32,000 nucleotides of DNA from Raphidiopsis brookii D9 (lineage in GTDB: Bacteria; Cyanobacteriota; Cyanobacteriia; Cyanobacteriales; Nostocaceae): the NCBI GenBank assembly GCA_000175855.1, contig ACYB01000047.1, forward strand, positions 60,001 through 92,000, given 5' to 3'. A model generated the notes under the pieces. It did not search any database. It was not told where the DNA came from and saw nothing but the letters and a program-made list of their open reading frames with translations. Positions 24,765 to 32,000 of this stretch are shown here, piece by piece. Positions within the stretch are counted from its first letter, which is position 1. Each line of letters starts with the position of its first letter. Position numbers and translations under genes: made by a program.

Positions 24765-26021
24765 CTACTCCTTCGCACCTGCTTGTATTAATAAGTTACT
24801 TGTTTCTGCATAATTATTAGATTTTGCAATCATTAGAGCTGTGTACCCACCATGATTTCTTGTGTTTACCTTTGCCCCAGCTTTAATTAACATATCTACC
24901 GCTCGAATATATCCTTGCTTAGTAGCATACATTAGTGGTGTTATACCTACTGGGTCTTGTAGGTTGACATTTGCTCCTTTTGTCAGAAGCAGTTGAAAAG
25001 TTTCTGGATGGTTACCAATTATAGCTTTAACTAGGGCACTGTTGCCATCTTCAGCCATAACATTTATATTAACCCCACTTCCAATAAAACCTTGACCGTT
25101 TCAGTATGTCCTTGGAATGCTGCTAAGGTCAAGGGGAATTCCCCCAAATTCTTTTTTGCTGCCATCTGCTCCCGCAGCAAGTAGAACCCTGACTATTTCT
25201 TGGTACCCTTGAAATACTGCTAAGATTAGGGGGGTGTCTCCCAAATTATTTCTGATTTCTAAGTTAGCACCCCTATTTATTAGGGTTTTCACTGTCTCTA
25301 GGTGGTTTTCGACAACGCTAAAGTGCATGGCTGTTTCACCATCTTGATCTTGGTGATTAATTTCTGCACCCCCATCTAACAGCACTTGGATAATTTCAGT
25401 ATGTCCGCCAGCAGCAGCAGCTAGTAGTGCCGTAGTTCCATCACTATTCTCTAGGTTAGGGTTAACACCATATAATAACAATGTTTTCACTATGTCTAAG
25501 TGACCATTATCCGCTCCCATAATTAACAGGCTTTCAGTCTCACCCTTAACTTGACTATGTTTTAGGAGAATATTCAATATAACCTTATTATTCTGCCTAA
25601 TTGCTAGTTTAAATGCATCCTCATTATGTTCGTCTACAATTTTTGGATCTGCTCCAAAATTTAACAGGTTTTGTACAGTCTCAATGTGACCCTTCTCTAC
25701 TGCTATCATTAATGCTGTACTTCCATCTTCATTGACCGCATTTGTATTTGCTCCTTGAGATGTTAGCAATTTTACTACTTCAACTTGATTATGTGCAGCA
25801 GCTAACATTAATGCTGTTAAACCATGGAGTTTCCTAGGTAAATCAATATCAGCTCCAAACTCCAATAGGCAACGTACAATCTCCGTGTAGCCAAAATTAG
25901 CAGCAAACATTAATGCTGTCGTACCATGGCGATCGCCCGCATCTACTGGAAATCCCGATCCTAGTAATTGACGAACCTGCTGAACATTACCATTTTTCGC
26001 AGCCGTAAGTAAATCAATCAT
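24765..26021 (-). pseudogene. ankyrin-repeat protein (about 12 repeats) broken by two compensating 1-nt frameshifts
   Basis: The track ORFs 25101..26021 (306 aa) and 24765..25058 (97 aa) are in the same frame and both are ANK repeats. Between them the ANK sequence (KKNLGEFPLTLAAFQGHTETVKVLLEVG) is readable only in the +1 frame. The junctions lie at the run 25152..25157 and the run 25073..25076. Confidence 0.72.
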
Positions 26022-26170
26022 CTCATTAACCTCAGTTTCAGTAAATACAACTAGTTATAGTGTTATAATTGGTGAATTATTATGGGGAACCCAAGTAAAT
26101 CACTTTTTGCAGTGTTTGCCATAATTTATGCTAAGTTTTATAAAGATTTAATACTTTAGGTAAATAAACC

Positions 26171-26641
26171 ATGAGTTTAGAACTTACTCCAGACGTAAAA
26201 TTCGGTTTACAATTTTTTCATCCTGCAATCATGTGGATATTGTTAGCGCTGTCATTATATGCAGCTTACTTAGGGTTACAAGTACAGCGTACCAGAAATG
26301 CCCAAGGAGAAGAGAAGAAACAACTAATTAAGGGTAAATATAGCGATAAACACCACAAAATTGGCTCTGTACTCCTAGCGTTGATGGTAGGGGGCTCCAT
26401 TGGGGGAATGGCGGTTACCTATATTAACAATGGTAAGTTATTTGTTGGACCCCATCTCCTAGCTGGTTTAGGCATGACCGGTTTGATAGCTTTTTCTGCT
26501 GCACTGTCTCCATTTATGCAAAAAGGAGCAAATTGGGCCCGGGCCACACATATTCTATTGAATTTTGGAATTTTGGGACTTTTTATTTGGCAAGCTGTGT
26601 CCGGTGTAGAAATTGTTCTGAAAATTATTAGTCAAGCCTAG
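26171..26641 (+). CDS. DUF4079 family membrane protein
   Basis: 156 aa with four hydrophobic helices and conserved His residues (FFHPAIMW, KHHKIG, GPHLLAG, ATHILLN), as in this cyanobacterial and plastid family. Confidence 0.78.
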   Translation: MSLELTPDVKFGLQFFHPAIMWILLALSLYAAYLGLQVQRTRNAQGEEKKQLIKGKYSDKHHKIGSVLLALMVGGSIGGMAVTYINNGKLFVGPHLLAGLGMTGLIAFSAALSPFMQKGANWARATHILLNFGILGLFIWQAVSGVEIVLKIISQA

Positions 26642-26706
26642 AATAGTTTTAATGTGTAGGTAGATTACTTAATCTCCTTACACATAGCATAACATCTAAC
26701 CAACTC

Positions 26707-27402
26707 TTAATTTTGCCCATGAAAGTCTTCTTGTACCTTACGAGTTAAGCGCCGAGATACCTGACGGACAACTTGATTTAACAGGCGATCGCCTGTGGAC
26801 TGTACGAGGGAACTTGGTAAGCGTCTGATAAACTTAGGGAATTGCAAATAAACAGTTAAATCTAATTGCCATTCCACTTTGGTAATACCTGGTGTATCTT
26901 CAATGAGTTGCATATAGGCGTTATAGTTAATGTGATAACCGGGAGATTGGTAGTTGGGGATGGGAATGGAGCGGATTTGACATTGATTTTTTCCGGGAAC
27001 TAACAATTCCAGACCTATTTTTGGCTCTACTTCATAACCAAAAGCACCAAACCTACCAATTACCAATGTATAACCATTCTCACCCAGGGGATGAACTACC
27101 ATAGGTTGGGCACAACGTATAAACCATGCTGAATGACAGTTAAAATATTGCATCACCTGTTCACTAGATGCTTGCATTTCCATAAACTCTCGATGATGAC
27201 TATAGAATTTATTAGGAAATGCTTCATAGTTTTCTGTTAGTGCATTCTCAGTAATAAGACGAGATATAGGACTTGACAAAGAAGAATCAAGCTCATGTAC
27301 TCCTAATTCTAAAGACTGAAATTCCCAATTATTTGCTACCATAATTCCATTTTCTCTATAGTCAAAAGTTTTTGTATATTGCGTATCAACCATGGTTTTC
27401 AA
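26707..27402 (-). CDS. DUF1997-like protein
   Basis: 231 aa. The C-terminal signature VEWQLDLTVYLQFPKFIRRLPSSLVQSTGDRLLNQVVRQVSRRLTRKVQEDFH matches what I recall of this family. Confidence 0.65.
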   Translation of the reverse strand: MKTMVDTQYTKTFDYRENGIMVANNWEFQSLELGVHELDSSLSSPISRLITENALTENYEAFPNKFYSHHREFMEMQASSEQVMQYFNCHSAWFIRCAQPMVVHPLGENGYTLVIGRFGAFGYEVEPKIGLELLVPGKNQCQIRSIPIPNYQSPGYHINYNAYMQLIEDTPGITKVEWQLDLTVYLQFPKFIRRLPSSLVQSTGDRLLNQVVRQVSRRLTRKVQEDFHGQN

Positions 27403-27575
27403 GCTGAGGTAGCTTGCAAAGACAAAAATTCAAATTTCATAAAAATATGGAAAAAAGCATCTACCAAACAGTTGTGCGTATATAAATACTATGTCATTAT
27501 GTCATCCTATCCAGAGATTCCTTAGAATAAATAACGAAACCAACAAACATATTGTTTCCTAGGATAACCTTAATT

Positions 27576-28202
27576 ATGAAAGCATTTGTAGCAGGTGCAA
27601 CAGGTCAAACAGGTCAGCGGATAGTAGAAGAGTTAGTATCCAGAAATATTCCCGTGCGAGCGCTAGTGAGGGACGAGCAAAAAGCTCGAAATCTTCTTCC
27701 TTCCCAGGTTGAATTAATTGTGGGGGATATTTTGCAACCTGAAAGCCTAATTGCTGCTTTAGGTGACAGCACAGTAGTTTTATGTGCAACTGGTGCTAGA
27801 CCGAGTTTTGACCCGACTGGTCCCTATCAGGTAGATTTCCAGGGGACGAAAAATCTAGTCAAAGCAGCTCAAGATAGAAAAATTCAACATTTTGTCCTAG
27901 TTTCTTCTCTATGCGTTTCTCAGTTATTTCATCCCCTCAACCTATTCTGGTTAATTTTAGTTTGGAAAAAACAAGCCGAAGAGTTTATTAGAAAAAGCGG
28001 AATAAGCTATACAATTGTGCGACCTGGAGGATTAAAAAATGATGATAACTCTGATCAAGTTATTATGCAGGGTCCTGATACTTTATTTGAAGGTAGCATT
28101 TCCAGAAAAAAAGTAGCTCAGGTTTGTGTAGAATCATTGTTTGAAAAAGCCAGGTGGAATCAGATTGTGGAGATAATTGCTAAACCAGTCAGTTCCAGTT
28201 AA
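27576..28202 (+). CDS. NAD(P)-binding SDR-family (atypical, NmrA/Tic62-like) oxidoreductase
   Basis: The track ORF starts at TTG 27552. ATG 27576 gives MKAFVAGATGQTGQRIV, a GxxGxxG Rossmann start. The rest resembles the conserved plant and cyanobacterial NAD(P)H-binding family. Confidence 0.83.
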   Translation: MKAFVAGATGQTGQRIVEELVSRNIPVRALVRDEQKARNLLPSQVELIVGDILQPESLIAALGDSTVVLCATGARPSFDPTGPYQVDFQGTKNLVKAAQDRKIQHFVLVSSLCVSQLFHPLNLFWLILVWKKQAEEFIRKSGISYTIVRPGGLKNDDNSDQVIMQGPDTLFEGSISRKKVAQVCVESLFEKARWNQIVEIIAKPVSSS

Positions 28203-28266
28203 TAATTTTGAACTCTTAACTGTAACAATCTGATAAAATTTATAAGGTCTCTTTGAGCTAGGAGCA

Positions 28267-29292
28267 ATGGGAACGACTGGTGTAAGAATCGCGATTGACG
28301 CTATGGGGGGGGACTACGCACCCGCCGAAATTGTTGCTGGCGCACTGCGAGCGAAAGAAGAATTGGATATTCACATCTTGCTAGTAGGTGATCCCCAACA
28401 AATTGAAGCTGTCATACCCCTTAAAAGCAATAGGTTAGGAATAGAAATTGTCCCAGCCCAGGACACAATTGGCATGGACGAAGAACCTTTAAACGCTGTT
28501 CGTAGAAAGCGTGGAGCTTCTGTCAACGTGGCAATGGACTTAGTTAAAAACAATCAAGCCGATGCTATATTCTCTGCTGGCCATTCCGGAGCAGCAATGG
28601 CATCAGCTTTATTACGACTAGGTAGGTTGCCAGGTATTGATCGCCCCGCTATTGGTACAGTATTTCCTACCATAAAAGCAGGTAAACCAGTATTAATACT
28701 TGATGTTGGTGCTAATGTAGACTGTCGCCCCAAATTTTTAGAACAGTTTGCGGTGATGGGTTCGATTTATAGCCAATATGTGCTGGGAATCAGTGAGCCA
28801 AAAGTGGGGCTATTAAATATCGGTGAAGAGGAAAACAAAGGCAATGAAGCTGCTGTACGTGCTCACGAGTTATTACGGGAAAACACTCAAATTAACTTCA
28901 GTGGGAATGCAGAAGGACGTGATGTATTGTCCGGCGAATTTGATGTGATTGTCTGTGATGGATTTGTAGGTAATGTGTTGTTGAAATTTGCGGAGGCGGT
29001 AGGGGGTGTAATTTTACAAATACTGCGGGAAGAACTACCCCAAGGTATTAGAGGACAAATTGGCACAGCAATTTTAAAACCTAACCTTAAGCGAGTTAAG
29101 CAGCGCATGGACCATGCTGAACATGGGGGAGCTTTACTATTAGGAGTCAATGGAATTTGTTTCATTGGCCATGGTAGTTCCCAAGCACCCTCTATTTTTA
29201 GCGCCATTCGCATGGCTAAAGAAGCTGTAGATAATCAAGTGCTAGAAAGACTACAGTCCAAATACGAAGTTCTACAGGGTGAACCCCAGTAG
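28267..29292 (+). CDS. plsX: phosphate acyltransferase
   Basis: 341 aa. IAIDAMGGDYAP, SAGHSGA, GFVGNVLLK and LLLGVNG are typical PlsX segments. Confidence 0.95.
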   Translation: MGTTGVRIAIDAMGGDYAPAEIVAGALRAKEELDIHILLVGDPQQIEAVIPLKSNRLGIEIVPAQDTIGMDEEPLNAVRRKRGASVNVAMDLVKNNQADAIFSAGHSGAAMASALLRLGRLPGIDRPAIGTVFPTIKAGKPVLILDVGANVDCRPKFLEQFAVMGSIYSQYVLGISEPKVGLLNIGEEENKGNEAAVRAHELLRENTQINFSGNAEGRDVLSGEFDVIVCDGFVGNVLLKFAEAVGGVILQILREELPQGIRGQIGTAILKPNLKRVKQRMDHAEHGGALLLGVNGICFIGHGSSQAPSIFSAIRMAKEAVDNQVLERLQSKYEVLQGEPQ

Positions 29293-29341
29293 GAATTCTG
29301 GATGAATTTGAGGTTGTTAAGCCTATCCGCATAGCTTTCTA

Positions 29342-29370
29342 GAAGCGGTTAGCTCAATTCTAACTGCTTC
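29342..29370 (+). other. stable stem-loop in the 188-nt plsX-fabH spacer
   Basis: GAAGCGGTTAG (29342..29352) pairs with CTAACTGCTTC (29360..29370), giving 11 bp with one G:U pair, around the 7-nt loop CTCAATT. No U-tract follows. Confidence 0.3.
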
Positions 29371-29480
29371 CTGATGTTCTTGCAGAAAATCTCCACCTCT
29401 AACAAATTCGCTCAACCCAAATGACGGTGGTTTCGTCAGTCAACTAACTGACCGTGAATAAATGACAACGGAGATTAGGA

Positions 29481-30482
29481 GTGCAAAATTTATTCCTACA
29501 AGGTATGGCAATTACGGGTAGTGGGTCAGCCATAGCAAAAACTACCCTAGATAACCAGTTGCTTACTCAACTGGTAGAAACTTCCGATGATTGGATTACC
29601 ACAAGAACAGGTATTTGTCAACGGCAGTTGGCACTACCTCCAGAATCATTAACTACTTTAGCTACGGATGCTAGTCAACAGGCAATAGCAGCGGCTGGGA
29701 TTAAACCAGAAGATATAGATTTAATCCTGTTGGCAACCTCCACTCCAGATGATTTATTTGGCAGTGCTTGTCAAGTACAGGCTGAAATAGGTGCCGTTAA
29801 AGCTGTGGCCTTTGATTTAACCGCAGCTTGTTCTGGATTTGTCTTTGGACTAGTGACTGCGGCCCAATACATAAGAACAGGAGTCTATCAAAATGTACTT
29901 TTAATAGGTGCAGATGTCCTCTCTCGTTGGGTAGACTGGCAAGATCGTCGCACTTGTATCTTGTTTGGTGATGGAGCAGGAGCAGTGGTACTGCAAGCTC
30001 ACAAGAGCGATCGCTTATTAGGATTTGCCCTCAAAAGTGATGGTACACAAAACCACTATCTCAATTTGAGTTACCAAGGTAAGACCCAAGAGATCAAACC
30101 AAATATTCATACTCCTATAGGTAGTTATGAACCCATCACAATGAATGGTAAAGAGGTTTATCGTTTTGCTGTGCAAAAAGTGCCAGAGGTGATAGACAAA
30201 GCCCTATTTAGTGCTAATTTGACCGTAGAGAGAATAGATTGGTTGATTTTGCACCAAGCCAACGAGCGGATTATCAACGCTGTTGCGCAAAGACTTAACA
30301 TACCTGATCACAAAGTAATTAGCAACGTTGCTAATTATGGCAATACCTCTGCTGCTTCTATTCCCCTAGCGTTAGACGAAGCAGTGCGCCAGGGAAAAAT
30401 CCAATCCAATGATATAATTGTCACATCCGGTTTCGGAGCAGGGTTGAGTTGGGGTGCAGCAATTTTCCAATGGGGTAAATAA
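29481..30482 (+). CDS. fabH: beta-ketoacyl-ACP synthase III
   Basis: 333 aa. The GTG start is preceded by GGAG 7 nt upstream. It has ITGSGSA, the catalytic Cys in AACSGF, and the HQAN and GNTSAAS motifs. Confidence 0.95.
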   Translation: MQNLFLQGMAITGSGSAIAKTTLDNQLLTQLVETSDDWITTRTGICQRQLALPPESLTTLATDASQQAIAAAGIKPEDIDLILLATSTPDDLFGSACQVQAEIGAVKAVAFDLTAACSGFVFGLVTAAQYIRTGVYQNVLLIGADVLSRWVDWQDRRTCILFGDGAGAVVLQAHKSDRLLGFALKSDGTQNHYLNLSYQGKTQEIKPNIHTPIGSYEPITMNGKEVYRFAVQKVPEVIDKALFSANLTVERIDWLILHQANERIINAVAQRLNIPDHKVISNVANYGNTSAASIPLALDEAVRQGKIQSNDIIVTSGFGAGLSWGAAIFQWGK

Positions 30483-30528
30483 TTAATCATCCACTCTAAT
30501 GACCAAATTATCAGCAACCAAATATCAA

Positions 30529-31404
30529 ATGACTAAAACTGCATGGGTATTTCCTGGACAAGGTTCTCAGTCCTTAAATATGGGAATAGATCTACTAAAT
30601 ATAGAATCTGCCAAAGCCAAATTCGACCAGGCCAGAAACATTTTGGGTTGGTCCGTAGATGAAATCTGTCAGGGTGACGAGGTGAAATTATCACAAACAG
30701 TTTACACTCAACCCTGTTTGTATGTAGTTGAAAGTATCATGGCAGACCTGTTGCGAGCAAGAGGGCAAAAACCAGACTTAGTTGCTGGTCATAGTTTGGG
30801 AGAATATATCGCCCTGTATGTAGCTGGTGTGTTTGATTGGTCAACGGGATTGCAACTGGTCAAACGACGGGGGGAAATTATGGATAATGCAGCTGGAGGA
30901 ATGATGGCAGCATTACTCAATTTTGACAGACAGCAATTAGAAGAAGTGATTGCTAAAACCCCCAATATTGTTTTAGCAAATGACAACAGTCCAGCACAGG
31001 CTGTAGTTTCAGGTACACCAACAGCAGTAGAAGCTGTAATGTCTCAGGTAAAAGCAAAACGAGCAGTTGCCCTAAAAGTTTCTGGTGCATTTCATTCCCC
31101 ATTAATGAAGAATGCATCCCAGGAATTTCAAGCATTATTAGATGATATAGCTTTTGACACAGCAATAATTCCCGTATCTTCTAACGTTGACCCAATTCCC
31201 AGCACCAATCCCCAGGTTTTGAAGGAACGTTTAATTCAACAGATGACAGGTTCAGTAAGGTGGCGAGAAATTTCCTTACAATTAGCAGAATCTGGGATTG
31301 GGAAAGTCATAGAAATAGGTCCGGGTAATGTATTAACCGGGTTAATCAAACGTACTGTTGAGGGTATAGAACTGAAAAACATCCGGAATCTTGAAGAAAT
31401 TTGA
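30529..31404 (+). CDS. fabD: ACP S-malonyltransferase
   Basis: The track ORF starts at 30499. ATG 30529 gives MTKTAWVFPGQGSQ, the canonical N-terminus. The active site GHSLGEY is present, and SGAFHSPLM lies downstream. Confidence 0.95.
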   Translation: MTKTAWVFPGQGSQSLNMGIDLLNIESAKAKFDQARNILGWSVDEICQGDEVKLSQTVYTQPCLYVVESIMADLLRARGQKPDLVAGHSLGEYIALYVAGVFDWSTGLQLVKRRGEIMDNAAGGMMAALLNFDRQQLEEVIAKTPNIVLANDNSPAQAVVSGTPTAVEAVMSQVKAKRAVALKVSGAFHSPLMKNASQEFQALLDDIAFDTAIIPVSSNVDPIPSTNPQVLKERLIQQMTGSVRWREISLQLAESGIGKVIEIGPGNVLTGLIKRTVEGIELKNIRNLEEI

Positions 31405-31454
31405 CCAACCACAGGAATAGGATTCAAGCTTTCATGTCTGTCCATCAAGTAGCC

Positions 31455-32000
31455 CTAATTACAAATAAAAACGGGAGGTAAATTAGCACCTGTCAAATTA
31501 GCACCTGTCAAATTAGCACCTGTCAAATTAGCACACCTAAGATTCGCTCCTTGAAGATTGGCACCAGCTAAATTAGCATCTTTTAGATTAGCACCTGTTA
31601 GGTCAGCATTAGTTAAATTAGCTTCCATGAAATTGGCGCGACACAAATAGGAACTTCCTAGATGGGATCTCCTTAAATTTGCTCTAGCCAAATTTGTGTC
31701 ATATAAGTAACAATTGATAATTTCAGCCTCATACAAATTACAGTCTTGTAAATTACTACCAATTAAATTTGCTCCGATTAAATTGGCAAAACTCAGATTA
31801 CTGCGTACAAGGTTACTATAAGCTAAATCAACACCGTTTAAATTAGCACAGTGAAAGTCAGTTCCAATTAAGTTAGCACTGGTAACTACTGCATCCTGGA
31901 GGTTTGAATGCTTTAGATCTGCTCCAATCAGGACTGCTTCATCTAAATTCGCACGCATTAAATTGGCATTCTGCAGGTTAGCAACACTTAAATTAGCTTT
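31455..32000 (-). CDS. pentapeptide-repeat protein (5' end outside the window)
   Basis: The frame is open to the window edge (KANLSVANLQNANLMRANL...). A(D/N)LxG-type pentads run continuously along it. The stop is at 31455..31457. Confidence 0.9.
   Translation of the reverse strand, partial: KANLSVANLQNANLMRANLDEAVLIGADLKHSNLQDAVVTSANLIGTDFHCANLNGVDLAYSNLVRSNLSFANLIGANLIGSNLQDCNLYEAEIINCYLYDTNLARANLRRSHLGSSYLCRANFMEANLTNADLTGANLKDANLAGANLQGANLRCANLTGANLTGANLTGANLPPVFICN
31481..31540 (-). repeat. 15-nt tandem repeat (3 perfect units plus 1 degenerate) within the pentapeptide gene
   Basis: AATTAGCACCTGTCA occurs at 31481, 31496 and 31511. A degenerate unit lies at 31526..31540. On the minus strand these encode the run (GANLT)n. 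Confidence 0.92.

Noticed and set aside
26652-26685. Imperfect hairpin (ATGTGTAGG...CCTTACACAT) between the convergent DUF4079 and DUF1997 genes
   Set aside because: The stem needs a bulge, the 15-nt loop is long and no U-tract follows. It is plausible as a terminator, but the support is too weak to list as a feature.
27490-27505. Tandem 8-mer TATGTCAT-TATGTCAT in the divergent promoter region between the DUF1997 and SDR genes
   Set aside because: There are only two units and no supporting symmetry or conservation information. It could be a slippage scar.
31481-31540. Short direct repeats considered as a possible CRISPR array
   Set aside because: The units are 15 nt, contiguous and without spacers. 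They lie inside an open pentapeptide-repeat reading frame. No cas genes are present in the window.

Overview
This window looks like a chromosomal segment from an AT-rich filamentous (Nostocales-type) cyanobacterium. The evidence is ten copies of the HIP1 palindrome GCGATCGC and a cyanobacteria-typical gene set: cynS, glcD, sdhA, plsX-fabH-fabD, and DUF1350, DUF2993, DUF4330, DUF4079, DUF1997 and pentapeptide proteins. Most of the window is ordinary housekeeping: asnS, cynS, an M48 peptidase, sdhA-glcD plus an S4 protein, tRNA-Arg(ACG), moaC, queG plus a HAD hydrolase, a WecB/TagA glycosyltransferase and plsX-fabH-fabD. Components of partner-switching signalling are interspersed: two RsbW-like kinases, one STAS antagonist and two REC-PP2C phosphatases. 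I see no CRISPR array, prophage, intact IS or recognisable defence island. Four things stand out. (1) The density of small reading-frame lesions is high. They include a frameshift in an A9 run, a frameshifted DUF1350 gene, and an ankyrin gene broken by two compensating 1-nt changes. A PP2C catalytic motif appears converted from GGD to GEI by two adjacent homopolymer changes. There is also an in-frame TAG and an IS607-type remnant abutting asnS. Inferred A/T runs are always one too long and G/C runs one too short. That points to either real reductive evolution or a systematic homopolymer sequencing artefact. (2) A cytoplasmic papain-like C1 peptidase is fused to a poly-acidic linker and a C-terminal module that resembles TerB. 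(3) A DUF3782 / PD-(D/E)XK nuclease-like gene carries a recent in-frame 75-bp tandem duplication. (4) The partner-switching parts are spread over loci that each lack at least one component. All family assignments come from reading motifs by eye. No BLAST, HMM or structure search was run.
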